Below are positions 12,421 through 25,868 of a stretch of DNA of 64,000 nucleotides, piece after piece. The DNA is from Octopus sinensis (Eukaryota). Position 1 is the first letter of the stretch. Every line of letters starts with the position of its first letter. The stretch spans positions 6,944,001-7,008,000 of the forward strand of contig NC_043000.1 in NCBI RefSeq assembly GCF_006345805.1, read 5' to 3'. The translations under genes and the position numbers were made by a program. The notes below the pieces were generated by a model. That model was given only the letters and a program-made list of their open reading frames with translations, ran no database searches and had not been told where the DNA came from.

Positions 12421-12921
12421 CCATGTGAATGGCCCTCTTTCAACATATGTTTGTAAGCCTGAGGAGTGAGTGCCTGCCTGAGGTGCCCTTGGATGTCAGA
12501 GTGACCAGGATGAGTGGGGTTCCTTGGTTGGCCATAAGAGGAACTCCCTGGTTGTCAATCAGTGGTGGGAGACAGACACAAAGACACACATACACACACA
12601 CACACAGACATATACGACAGGTTTCTTTCAGTTTCTATTTACCACATCTTCTCAAAAGGCTTTAGTCAGTTTTTGAGATTCTTATTGTTAAATTATTGTT
12701 GTTAATTGTTATTGCTTTATCTTATTTTATACATGAATATTGTACTAAGCCCTACTTGTCCTTTGTGTTGTACTGTCCCTTTTTGTTTTATATCTGACTC
12801 TTGTGGCCAGTAAAGTAAAGATCACCACTGTGTAGCACCTCAGGCAAGTATCTTCTAATATAGCCTCAGATTGACCAAAGCCTTGTGAGTGGATCTGGTA
12901 GACTGCAACTGAAAGAAGCCT

Positions 12922-12966
<45 letters not shown>

Positions 12967-13708
12967 ACGCACACGTGTGCATGTCTTTGTGTCTGTGTTT
13001 GTTTCCTACCATTGCTTGACAACTGGTGTTGACGAGTTTACGTTCCCATAACTTAGTGATTCAGCAAAAGAGACTGATAGAATAAGTACAAAAATATTAG
13101 GGTCAGTTTATTCAACCAAAAATTTCTTCAAGGTGGTGTTCCACTGAAACAAATAACAGAATAAATTCATAACAAGTGGATTGAGAGAAATGTAAGGATG
13201 TTGGACCAGGTACCTTATGGTAATTTGTTCTGGTTAATTATTTTTTTTTTTTAGGTTGCATTCCTGTTGTAAATCCTGAAGAATTGCAGATAACTTGCAC
13301 CATTTTCTCTTCATGACATGCAATCTTGAAACTGGATACCTTAAAAAAGATATTACATTGCCTGACTGCTATTCCACAATCCCCACCAAATATTATTTAA
13401 GTGGCGGGATTGTGTGATCTCAAACTGAAAAGAATACATACCTAGCAAGAGTGCCTCTACATGGTCTCTGGGCCTGCTAGAAATAGCAACTAAATCTTCC
13501 ATAAATTATTCTGAAAGGGAGAGACACATTGGATAATGTAGTCCTAGATGCAAAATTCCTAAGGAAAGGATGGGACAATCATGGCTGGAACACCTCTGAT
13601 CATAGGTTTGCTAGCATCATCAACAATACACTCCTATGTAAACAACATCCCTCTACATATATTTTGTTCACCTTCTGCATACATAAATTAGTTAATTAAT
13701 TAGAAATA

Positions 13709-14116
13709 GGAGTGGCTGTGTGGTAAGTAGCTTGCTTACCAACCACATGGTTCCGGGTTCAGTCCTACTGCGTGGCACCTTGGGCAATTGTCTTCTACTA
13801 TAGCCTCGGGCCAACCAAAGCCTTGTGAGTGAATTTGGTAGACGGAAACTGAAAGAAGCCCGTCATATATATTTACATATATATGTATGTGTGTGTACAT
13901 GATTGTGTGTCTGTATTTGTCCTCCCAACATCGCTTGACAACCGATGCTGGTGTGTTTACGTCCCTGTAACTGAGTGGTTTGGCAAAAGAGGCCGATAGA
14001 ATAAGTACTAGGCTTACAAAGAATAAGTCCTGGGGTCGATTTGCTCGACCAAAGGTGGTGCTCCAGCATGGCCACAGTCACATGACTGAAACAAATAAAA
14101 GAGTAAAAGAGTAAAA
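13709..14116 (+). mobile_element. SINE family A, full length
   Basis: Head ggagtggctgtgtggtaagtagc through tail aaaagagtaaaagag. Confidence 0.9.
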
Positions 14117-14415
14117 AAACTGACAACCATAAGGGCAAACACAAGATGACCAAATACTGAAAATTTGAAAAGTTGAAATCTCCGAATGTCAAATACTTGA
14201 AAGATTAAAAACTCAGAACACCAAATTTTGAAATATTTAAGAATTGTCTTAAAAAAACATTCACTTATAGTTTATTTGAATATGTTGAATTTGCTTTTGT
14301 TTTTCTAACAAAGAACATGTTTTAAGACAGACATGCCACTCTGTCTGTAGCTCAAAGTTGAATAATTTGGTAGAGGAGAATTCTTTTATTTTTTTTATTT
14401 GCCTTTTCCTGCTAG

Positions 14416-14446
14416 ATATGATCTCTCACTGCAGTGTGAAGGCCTT
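14416..14446 (+). other. Candidate plus-strand 31-nt exon (coding status unknown; YDLSLQCEGL or MISHCSVKA)
   Basis: Very strong acceptor ttcttttattttttttatttgccttttcctgctag and donor CTT|gtaagt. Confidence 0.35.
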
Positions 14447-14704
14447 GTAAGTATCCTGGATTAAGGACTCGGTGAATAATATCAAGATCCACATCTAAAG
14501 CAAACAAACCCACAACAACATAGTAGAACACCACCAAGCTTACTATAAATGTTTTTGCTACCATATTTCAGTTGAATTACACTAACCTTTGTTTCAATGT
14601 TTTTTCGTTGCTTTCATAAATTCCCATGAATCTCTGTCACCATCCAATTCCATTATTATGGATTTGAACTAGGAGCTTGAGTCATAGTGAATCTTTCATT
14701 AGTT

Positions 14705-15093
14705 GGAGTGGCTGTGTAGTAAGTAGCTTGCTTACAAACCACATGGTTCCAGGTTCAGCCCCACTGTGTGGCACCTTGGGCAAGTGTCTTCTACTATAGC
14801 CTCGGGCCGACCAAAGCCTTGTGAGTAGATTTGATAGACAGAAACTGAAAGAAGCCTGTCATATGTGTGTGTGTGTGTGTTTGTGCGTCTGTCTTTGCCC
14901 CCCCCCCAACATCGCTTGACAACTGATGGTGGTGTGTTTACGCCCCATAACTTAGTGGTTCGGCAAAAGAGACTGATAGAATAAGTACTAGGCTTACAAA
15001 GAATAAGCCCTGGGGTTGATTTGCTCGATTAAAAGATGGTGCTCCAGCATGGCCACAGTCAAAATGACTGAAACAAGTAAAAGAGTAAAAGAG
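14705..15093 (+). mobile_element. SINE family A, full length
   Basis: Head and tail as in other copies; internal (TG)n. Confidence 0.9.
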
Positions 15094-15354
15094 TTGATTA
15101 CACAGCCATGGATGCCACCCCTTTGAATGTCTTGCAGTTAATCTCTCGACAGAGATGTTGATCCAAGATTCCTCCACTCAGTATCGATGTAAGAAGCCTC
15201 ATTGACTCAGTTGGACTCTTCCACTACCTCTTCACAATCCACCATGCTGCGGTCCCATGACTTCACCATATCCCTGGCAGGGTGACTGAACGGGTGCTGT
15301 GCCTTGCCAAAGGGCAGCCCATAACTATGCAGGACACAATCACCACTCCATGAG

Positions 15355-15566
15355 GTATTTCAAATACCTACAGACCCATTTATTTCAATTAATTTTGAAA
15401 ATAGTGGAGCATTTAGTAAAATAACTTCATAATTATTAAGCTGGTGTTTGGAACATGAAACATGAAACTTTGATGGAATGTTTTAATTAAGACATCAGTT
15501 TAAAACAGTAAGTTTGTATCTTTGAACCAGGGGCAGTCTTTGGCAGGTTGATATCATAGGGGTTAA
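15355..15566. mobile_element. TTAA-ended (piggyBac-like) MITE
   Basis: Ends tatcataggggTTAA; reverse homolog of 24850-25075. Confidence 0.6.
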
Positions 15567-15980
15567 ATATTTTTACAGTAACCCTTCATGGTAAATATAC
15601 ATTCATCAAATAGCCAAGATTACATAACAAAGACCAGATTTCACTTCAAGGTTGAAAAACATCTGACTTCTTCAGTGCTGAATAACTGTTAACTCTACCC
15701 AGTGTGGAAAGATGCATGGCATACTAAATATCTCGGACAATGTAGCCATTATGCATTTGCATAATTTGATATTTGTGCCAATGGTTAACTTGGTATTTTT
15801 AAAAAGAATTTGTTTTTCATCCTAAAGAAGAGAAAGGGATAGAGTAAGATTAATAGTTACAGTCAAAATCTTTTTTTTAATATTGGGTGTAAATATTTTA
15901 TACTGGTCTGTTTGGAGTTAAAATCTTTTATTCATTGAGATTTCTCATACCATCATCAACCTTCTCTTCCTCCTTCTCCC

Positions 15981-16021
<41 letters not shown>

Positions 16022-16169
16022 GCCTCCCCCTCCTCCTCCTCCTCCTCTTCAGCAGCAGCAGCATCATGCTGGCATGGGTTAGATGGTTTAATAAGAATTG
16101 ACAAGTCATAGGGCTGTGCCAAGCTCTGCTGTCAGAGTTGGTACGATTTCTACAGCTGGAGGCTAGGTA

Positions 16170-17530
16170 CACTATATGGAATTCCTACCTACACCTTTCC
16201 TACATATTAAGCCATTACCTGAAGAGTGCAGAGTCCTAGCTTCCATACATGGAATTTCTTTACTAATTCTATAACAAATACTGCCCCTAAGAACAAAATC
16301 ATCAGTGTAGGATAGCTAGTCTTAGATTCTTCTGTTATAGTCTGGAGGATAATGGTGAATAAGAAGACTTAGAACTGAGCTCTGGTGATCTCTTGCCTGA
16401 ACTTTAAATCCATCGCTGTACTCATGGCTGTCACCTTACTAACACCCCTGAACATGGCATCTATGGCTTTAACAAGCCATTCATGTATCCCTAGCTTCCT
16501 CAGAGACCACTAGATAACTAATTAAAGAATTCTGTCAACAACTTTCTCTGGGTCAATGAGTACCAAGTACAATGTTTTACTTTTAGCTGTAGTTGCCTCA
16601 CTAGGAAGATGGCATCAGTAGTACTTCTCTACAGCAGAAAACAAAACTGCATCCCATCTACTCTAATTCTGTTCCTAATTAATTGGACTATTACTCTCTT
16701 TGTAACTTTCATAACCTCATCCAGCAATTTCATACTTCTGTAATTACTCTTGTAACAGCTGACTATAATGCTGCTACACCAGTCATTGGGTATGACTCAT
16801 TCTTGCACAATCTGATTAACTATACATTTGACAAAGATGTATCCTATTCTTCCAGATATTTTAAGCATCTCAGTAATAATTCCTGATGGATCAGAGGCTT
16901 TCCCTGTCTTCTTCACATCCTTAATTGCCTTATTTATCTTACTGCTGTCAACTGGGACAACAGGTCCCTCTTTTGGGTCCACATTGGGAAGATTCTCTTT
17001 CTTCTAGTGCATTTCTACATTTAATAGCTTTGATAGTAGCACTGCCAGATCTCTTTCTTTTCAGAATTACTAAGTACAAATATACCATTATCTATCTACA
17101 TACACATCTCAGTTATCTCTAATATATTGTCTTACACTCCAGAACATCTCATGCATTTGGCTCTCATGCTGCAAGGTATTGACAAACATCTCTGCTTCTG
17201 AACTAGCTTCCCTTCAAGCTACCTGCTATAGTTCTTTGCTAACTCCATTTTATTAATCTTTCCCAAGTTCACCTCCTTGCTTTTATAGCCTTGTCAACCT
17301 TACAGTTCCAGCACTATGTCACCTTCAGTTTGGCTGGAACTTTATCCCAGTCTCAGATTTAGTCTGTAGCCCTCAGTAAATTGCCTTTCAGGAGCTTTCA
17401 GTTGTTCTCTATGTTATATGACTGCCTCCTCTTCCTTCTCATCCAATGCTTCAACTAACATTTCTCTAAATTCCCAACTGTTTGATGAACCATTAAGCTT
17501 CCGTGTCTTCCTTTTCCAAACAGGTTTGCA
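16170..17530 (-). pseudogene. Heavily degraded RTE LINE (RT region)
   Basis: MDPKEGPVVPVDSSKINKAIKDVKKTGKASDPSGIITEMLKISG aligns by eye to VDPTEGPAIRVDSSVVAKAIRSMKTGKAPGPSGITAEMLKMSG of the 32420-33634 ORF. Confidence 0.8.
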
Positions 17531-17599
17531 TCTTTGAGTTCTTCTAGCCCAGCACCTGAAGTCAATAAGCACTAACCTATGTTTGACTATACATTCTTC

Positions 17600-17648
17600 C
17601 CTACTACTACTAAAACTACTACTACAGCTACTGCTGCTGCTGCTGCTG

Positions 17649-17691
<43 letters not shown>

Positions 17692-17701
17692 AACCACTAC
17701 C

Positions 17702-17732
<31 letters not shown>

Positions 17733-17845
17733 AAACTACTACTACTACTACTACTACTATTACTACTACTACTACTACTACTACTAAAACTACTACTACT
17801 AAGACGACGATGACTACTACTACTACTACTACCACTACTACTAGA
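17600..17845. repeat. (TAC)n-dominated trinucleotide repeat
   Basis: Direct reading. Confidence 0.95.
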
Positions 17846-17886
17846 AATAAAGAAAGCTTGAAATAAAAAAGAAAGTATTAACTCAC

Positions 17887-17941
17887 ATTCACTATTGTCA
17901 CCAAGGACATTTTCTCTGACATAAAGGACCATTGCAATCTT
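17887..17941 (-). CDS. Candidate 55-nt internal exon (KIAMVLYVRENVLGDNSE or RLQWSFMSEKMSLVTIVN)
   Basis: Acceptor gcctttttttttcag, donor AAT|gtgagt; two open frames. Confidence 0.5.
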
Positions 17942-19289
17942 CTGAAAAAAAAAGGCAACAATTTGGTAAAAAATCTACCCAACCACCACAACCAGCATTA
18001 TTATCATCACCATCAACATCATTGGTAATGTCCATTTTCTGTGCTCACATGGGTCAGACAGAATTTGTTGAGTTGGATTTTCTATGGCTGAATGCTCTTC
18101 CTGTCACTGACCCTTACCTACTTCCAAATAAGGTAATATTTTCCCCATAACCAGACATGTTGCAGAAGACTGGAAACAGCAACGCACACACACACACACA
18201 CACACACGTATGCAACTATATATGTATGTGTGTCAGTCTTTGTCTCACCACCACCACCACCAAAACCACCATTACCACCACCACCACCAAAAACACCACC
18301 ACCACTACCACCAGTACCACTACCAATATTGCTTGACAACTGGTGTTGGTTTGTAACTTAGCAGTTGGGTTTAAGAAACTGATAGAATAAGTATCACACT
18401 TAAAAATAAATACTAGGATTGATTTGTGTACAATCCTCCAAGGCTGTGCTCCAGCATGGCCACAGTCCAATGAATGAAACAAGTAGAAGATTAAAAGATA
18501 AATGAAGAAGACAAAAGAAGAAAAAAGGTAAAAAAAAAAAATAAATGAGTAGAGGCCATGTTTGATTGAAATAAAATTTGTTATTGTGGAAATTATGCAA
18601 ATTCATTTGAAAAACTTTCACACAATAATAGAGAAAAGTAACAAAACAAGAAATAAAAGAAGAAAGAAAAAACATTTATTTGTTTTTAATGTCACAAATG
18701 AATGATAAATTCATTCATTCATTCAATCAGAGAAATACCTGAACAAAGGAAAACAAAAAATTAAAGCAAAATTTAAAGCAGATAATTTGATTCTGTTTAT
18801 GGAAAGTATAGAGAAGCACAACAACAAACATTGATCATTTTTTTATTTCATACATACTAATTATTTGTTTGTTGTTTTTTTTTATTTATTTCTGAAGTGA
18901 CTGGTCACAGCTGTTTGGACATTGATGATTCAGCACAGCTGACTGGTTATTCAGCCTGACTTGGCGGCAGTGCTTTTTGACACTGAGGACAAATGCACAC
19001 AATCACACACATGTACATACACACATGCATGTACACACACACACACAGACATGTACGTACATGCTTGCAGAAATATACACAAACAGAGAGGGGGGAGAGA
19101 GAGGAAAGGAGAGATAAACACATTCCAATTTATTAATTGAACATACCTGACATAAACACTTTCCTTCCCCTCATACAATCACACGGTTTCAGATTCAGTC
19201 CCACTGCATGATACCTTGGGCAAGTGTTTTCAACTATAGACATGGGTTGACCAAGGCCTTGGAGAGAGAAAGACGTCCATCATATGCTT

Positions 19290-19660
19290 TGGATAATGCA
19301 TGCAAGACTCAAGAGAGATTTAAAGAAGAATGTTGTGATTGAGAAGGTGAATCACAATGACCTTTTTGTGTGTACAGTTTGTGACAGACCATGCCTTTCT
19401 TTTGCTGGGCTCAAGTCTCATTTGCAAATCCATGGAAAATGAACCCCCACCAACTATTCTGCCTATATGTCTGTGCACAGCTTTCAATGCAATGTGTGCC
19501 AGAAGGTCTGCAATTCTAATGAAGGTCTCTAAAGACATGGTAAAATCCACAAAGAACAGAACTTAACTGCAGCTCTTGGTGGTCCAAATCTATGTGGGTG
19601 TCTTTTCAAAACATTAGTTTAAAAAATCACATTAGATGCCATGATAGTTCTAAGGTGAAG
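19290..19660 (+). pseudogene. Disabled triple C2H2 zinc-finger stretch, likely the C-terminus of an RTE-type LINE ORF2
   Basis: FVCTVCDRPCLSFAGLKSHLQIHGK*...FQCNVCQKVCNSNEGL*RHGKIH...CGCLFKTL/NHIRCH: two in-frame stops and one frameshift. Confidence 0.65.
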
Positions 19661-19700
19661 GTACAAGAGGTGGTCAAACTCTGCATAAGGAATAGACAAC

Positions 19701-19740
<40 letters not shown>

Positions 19741-19742
19741 GT

Positions 19743-19805
<63 letters not shown>

Positions 19806-19814
19806 CTATATATA

Positions 19815-20745
19815 TTGGGTCATACCATAAAAAATGCGTTTTTTTTATACTTTTATTTTTCAAAATTAAGATTAACGAAGTTATTTTTTAATCTAAAATA
19901 TACTCTCCTTTCTTTTTCTTTTTCCTTCTATCTATCTGGTAGACTTGCAAGGCCCCTCTTCCAAAATTCACTTGTCTGAGATGAAAAATACTCTTCTGGT
20001 AGACCTCATCTACAGAATTCGTATTTTTTTCATCCAGATGATTTTGAAGACTGCGGAATAAATGATAATCAGATGGGGAAATGTCCAGTGAATATGGTGG
20101 GTGGGGCGTCATTTCCAATTCAAACTGCTCCAGCCTTTGGAATGTCATCCTCATTGTATGTGGCTGAGCATTATCCAGATGGCAGAACACCTTTTGTCTT
20201 GAAACCAAAGATGGTAATTTTTTAGCACTGACTTAAGCTGCTCACAGTAGATCTCCTTTGTTATCGTTTGGTTTTAGATTTTAAAGTTCAAAGTGGACTA
20301 AACCTTTCATATCCCACGAAACAGATAACAAAACCTTACATAGATGAAGACCATCTTTAGCAGCCTGGGGTACCAGTGATTCTCCTTTTCCTACCCACTG
20401 TCTTTGGCACTTGACATTTTTATAGAGAACCCTTTTCTTGTCACCAGTCACTATTCGGTCCAGAAAAGGTTCAATCGTGAGACTTAACAGCAAAGAAGAG
20501 CACACAATCACTCTCTGCACACAAATAGACTCGGAAAGTTTGTGAGGAACCCATTGAACCAATTTGCTAAATTATCCGATGGGACACAGGTGTCAATGAA
20601 TGGTTGAATGACCAGATCCAAGCTTCTCTGCTAGTTCCTCAACAGTTACAATGGGGTTTTGTTCTACCAGGGTTTGCACAATGTCCTTGTCAAGCTCTAC
20701 AGATCTTCCAGAATGAGGCTTGCTTTCTAGGCTGTAGTTTCTGTC
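19815..20745 (-). mobile_element. mariner (DD34D) transposon fossil, 5'-truncated
   Basis: Broken ORFs carry WVPHKLSE, FLDRIVTGD, HLDNAQPH and PHPPYSLDISPSDYHLFRSLQNHL motifs; terminus tattgggtcataccataaaaaatgcg. Confidence 0.9.
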
Positions 20746-21339
20746 CAACCCTTTAAACACACAAATACAGACACACTCACAGACATACACACATGATTAT
20801 ATACATATACATGTGTGTGTGTGTATATATATATATTATACATACATATGTGTGTGTGTGTATACATATACATATACATACATACACAAACATATATATA
20901 TATATATATTAATATATATATATATATAATATATATATATACACACACATATATACATGTGTATATTAAAGGGTTAAAAACCACTATGTGGACAGCCATA
21001 TGCTAGAAGTGGATCACTTACGATCAAACTACAAAGAAAGAATGTTCTCTAGAGAAAATTTCAGCAGACACCAGAACAATAGGGGGGCAAGATATATATA
21101 TATATATATATGGATATAGATATAGATATATATGCATGTTTGTGTATATGTAAGTTTGCATTGTAGATATATTTCAAAGAAATAACGACTACATGATTAT
21201 ATAATACACATAACAAATAAATTAACAAATCCTTTGTTGATTTTTAACGCCCACACATTCCCAACCACCCACCCAAACCTATAACCACACCCACATATAT
21301 CTATACCAATATATATATACATATATATCTATATATATA

Positions 21340-21570
21340 TCTATGTATCTATATATGTATATATGTGTATATATATATATTATATATATATATATATTAT
21401 ATATATATATATGTATATATATATATTATATATATTATATTATATATATATATATATTATATATATATATACATATTATATATACATATATATATATATA
21501 TATGTATATATATATTATATATATATATATATATATAGATATATAATATATATATATATATTATATATAT

Positions 21571-21646
<76 letters not shown>
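21340..21646. repeat. Long imperfect (TA)n microsatellite
   Basis: Direct reading; similar tracts at 22250-22600, 34517-34790, 35400-35650, 38690-39050, 39340-39800 and 44215-44360. Confidence 0.95.
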
Positions 21647-21650
<4 letters not shown>

Positions 21651-22060
21651 GATCCATAGACAAGTACACTGACACATATGTGCACACATACAAATAGTCA
21701 CACAGACACTCTCACACACACAAAGATCTGATATAGATTTGATTATATTTGACACAGATTGTCAAAAGAGAGAATTCAATGTAGCTGAGTGTGTGTATGT
21801 CTTTGTGTGCTTGTGTATGTGTGTGCATGCCTGTGTGTGTATGTGTGAACATGTGTGTGTATGCAATAGACAATAGGTAAACACCCTGTGTGAATTGTAA
21901 TTGAGAGAGAAAAAAAATGTAGCTGGTATTGTTTAGTAGATTAGAGTAATAGTAGTTCAAATCTATATCTGTGGGAGTTGCTACTCAGAGTTACCTCTTA
22001 CCAGAAATGAAAAATTCTGACCTGTGAGGTTCAGAGATACAACTTGCAACACAGACACAC

Positions 22061-22101
<41 letters not shown>

Positions 22102-22247
22102 TACACACACACACACACACACTCACACCCACATGCACACACATACATCATCATCATCATCATATATACATATACATACATATATACATGCACACCTAAT
22201 AAGAGACCACTCAGAGTTTCTCATAGCCTTTCTTTTTATGCATATAT

Positions 22248-22300
<53 letters not shown>

Positions 22301-22512
22301 TATATATATATATATAATATAATATATATATATAATTATATATATATATATATAATTATATATATATATATATATATTACATATATATATACATATTATA
22401 TATACATATATATATACATATATATATATATACATATATATATACATATATATACATATATTATATACATATATATATATACATATATATATACATATAT
22501 ATATATGTATAT

Positions 22513-22546
<34 letters not shown>

Positions 22547-22708
22547 GATATATATATATATATATACACATACATATATATATATACATATATACTGGAG
22601 TAAAAACTGTCTGATGAACGGTAACGGGAAACTCAGAGTAACAGGTTTTGTTGAATTTTCTGCTGCTTTAAATAAAGTATATACATACATATATACATAC
22701 ATACATAC

Positions 22709-22759
<51 letters not shown>

Positions 22760-23570
22760 TACATTTGTGTTAGTGTGTGTGTGTGCGCATGTTTATATGT
22801 GTCCACTCACACACACACACACATGCATATACACATGTATTCTTATGTGCATGTGTGTGTGTGTGTGTGTGTGTGGATATGCATTGTGCATGTATGTGAA
22901 TGTATGTGAACTATTAACATACACACATGTGTGCTTTATATCCTCATCCTCTTATTTATCAGATGGGGGAGAGCCAAACGTGTTATTCAATTAACATATT
23001 TTCATGGCAAAGCTCAGGAGAAGTTGGCAGAGGAAGAGTTAGCCACCACAGCAACTGAACTTTGCCTTAACTTCTCATTCCATCACAGCAAGCTGGGAGG
23101 GCTGCCATTAAATTGGGGTCCCACTCAGTCAACTTTGTACCTCAACTGTGTTGTCACATAGCAAGGGAATATTTACCATGCCTTACTTTCTTCCTCACTT
23201 GTACTTGCTTATACTTAATGTCTTCTGTCTAAAATGGCCCATTTCAGCTTTAAAGTAGAGGAGAATGGCAGGAATGAGCCATTTTTTTTTTCCAGAAACC
23301 ATTCAAGGAGATGGAAAAGAAATGGAAGGAGTAACTCGAAAACATTTTGTGTTATTTTAGTGTTGTTTCATTTCGTTTCTCATCTATTTAAAAAGCAAAA
23401 AAATAAAATTGCCCTTGATATGAAAAAATAAAAATGTTCATTTATACAATTTCATTTTAAATAAAGTTTATGAAAAGAAATAATTTAAGTACAATTTTAA
23501 ATTTTAATTTAATAAGTCAGACAAAATATTGAACAGTAATGTTTTCCAAAGAAGATTTTTTCGATATCGT

Positions 23571-23833
23571 TTCTTTTACTTGTGTCAGTCATTAGACAGT
23601 GGCCATGCTGGGGCACCACCTTGAAGAATTTTTAGTCAAATAAATCGATCCCAGTATTTTTTTTTTCTTTAAGAATGGTATTTATTCTATCGGTCTCCTC
23701 TGCTGAACCTCAAAGTTAAGTGGATGTAAACACACCAACACCTGTTGTCAATCTGTGGAGGAGGATAAACACAGACACAAAAACAAACACACACACACAC
23801 ATACACACATACATACATACATACATACATACA

Positions 23834-23883
<50 letters not shown>

Positions 23884-24114
23884 CATAGGGTTGGCCAAAT
23901 GTCACCCGACAGTAAATCAAAACCATTTAATTCCAAGATTTAACTATTTTGAACAACTGAATGAATTTAATAAAAGCATCTAAATATGAAACATGAAAAT
24001 TGTTCAAACTGAAGTCCTTCTTGAGAGACACATTTCTCCATTCAAGTCAATACAGATTTACTGTCAGGTAAACTTTGGCCAACCCTGTATACACACACAC
24101 ACACACTCACACAT

Positions 24115-24186
<72 letters not shown>

Positions 24187-24330
24187 CACATGAGATGGGC
24201 ATCTTTTAGTTTCCATCCACCAAATCCACTCACAAAGCTTTGGTTGGACCAAGGTACCATACAGAGGGACTGAGCCCAGAACCATGTGGTTGGGAAGCAA
24301 GCTTCTTACCACACAGCCCCACCTGTACCT
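23571..24330 (-). mobile_element. SINE family A copy expanded by microsatellites and a nested MITE
   Basis: Tail at 23571-23630, head at 24195-24330. Confidence 0.75.
23886..24087. mobile_element. Tc1/mariner-type MITE with about 33-bp TIRs, TA target
   Basis: (t/c)agggttggccaaa..acc.gacagtaaatc at 23886-23918 is the inverted complement of 24055-24087. Confidence 0.85.
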
Positions 24331-25148
24331 ATATTCTCACCACACAGCTACACCGATGCCTATATTGTTACCACACAACCAAACCTGCACTTTAACAATA
24401 TTTTTAAATTTCTGAAAAATATGAAAAAAATCATATTTTCAAGTTTCCATTATTTGTATTAATTATTATTTCTTTATGATTATTTTAATAGACTATTTTA
24501 TTTCTTTGATTATCAATTCTGCATGCTTTTTAGCATTTGTCATCTACACAAGATGATTCCTCAAGATGTTTACCACAATCTAAAGCATTCTAAACAACAC
24601 ATCCTATTTACGTTGACTATAGCTAATTAATGTTTGGTACAAAGGCTGTTTCTGTCACTAATTGCCAATTTATTTTTACATGATTATTCTAATGAACTAC
24701 TTATATACTTGGTTTTTATTCCTAAATAACTACTTCAATAAAATTAATTATTTTCTTGATTATTATTGTTACATGGCAGTGTGGCTAAGAATTTCAAATC
24801 CCAACCAGATGGCATTTGCTATAAACAATTATGATATTTTATAGCAAAAATTGACACCAGCCTACCTGAAATTACCTTTGGTCTTATGATACAAATTCCA
24901 TGCTTTAATCTAATTTGAATTAAAACCTTCCATCAAAACTTCATGTTAATTTATGTTCCAGAACACCAGATTAATAACGACAAAGTCATTACAATAAAAT
25001 CCTTTATTATTTTCAAAATTAATTAAAACAAAAGTAGTGTATTTCAGTAGAAATATCATAACAAAAAGATTAATAAACAAACTATGCAAAATTTTTCCCA
25101 GCAATTTTCTGGATTTCTAACTTTAAAAAATGATTTTCTTTAACTTAC

Positions 25149-25184
25149 CATGCAAAATACGCCAGTAATTTTATTGTTTGATCT
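25149..25184 (-). CDS. Candidate 36-nt internal exon (DQTIKLLAYFA or RSNNKITGVFCM)
   Basis: Acceptor tttctttttaaatttgtggttcactag, consensus donor ATG|gtaagt. Confidence 0.5.
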
Positions 25185-25528
25185 CTAGTGAACCACAAAT
25201 TTAAAAAGAAATTTCAAGAACTATTAATATAATGGATATACTTTGAGACATTTTCCACTATATTGAGTGATGATTGTGTTGTGTGCTTTGTGGATTGTGT
25301 CTATATTATTACTTAGCAGGAGTTTTATTTTTTCTTTTATTTCTTGCTGTACTATTGAGTACAGACCTATCTGTGGGGTTTTGTTATGCTTTTATATTTT
25401 ATATTGTATTGAGTCATGACTAGCAGTGCAGGTTTCTGATGTTGTGAATATTTCTAAGTAACTAAGTTTTGATTAAGTTTTAGTCTACATGTTTTCATTA
25501 AGATCATCTCCAATGCATCAATTCATAT

Positions 25529-25868
25529 ACTCTTTTACTTGTTTCAGACTGTGGCCATGCTGGAGCACCGCCTTTAGTCAAGCAAATCGACCCCAGGACT
25601 TATTCTTTGTAAGCCTAGTACTTATTCTATCAGTGTCTTTTGTCGAACCACTAAGTTACGGGGATGTAAACACACCAGCATCGGTTGTCAAGCGATGTTG
25701 GGGTGACAAACACAGACACACACACATACATATATATATACATATACTCACAAGGCTTTAGTTGGCCTGCGGCTATAATAGAAGACACTTGCCCAAGGTG
25801 CCACGCAGTGGGACTGAACCTGGAACCATGTGGTCCATAAGCAAGCTACTTACCATACAGCCACTCCT
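25529..25868 (-). mobile_element. SINE family A with internal deletion
   Basis: Head and tail present; the gaaagaagcc segment is missing. Confidence 0.85.

Noticed and set aside
17414-17932. 172-aa poly-Ser ORF and overlapping poly-Thr/Leu/Val ORFs
   Set aside because: (TAC)n repeat; only the first 55-nt unit, bounded by splice sites, is kept as an exon candidate
18700-18740. Strong minus-strand acceptors followed by early stops (also at 30464 and 51917)
   Set aside because: Could be alternative terminal exons (18739 would give ..LLAYFAWYFSD*), but poly-T tracts create such sites by chance and there is no independent support
21022-21028. 7-nt acceptor-donor unit TTTGATC
   Set aside because: Frame-shifting length, next to transposon debris, no other support
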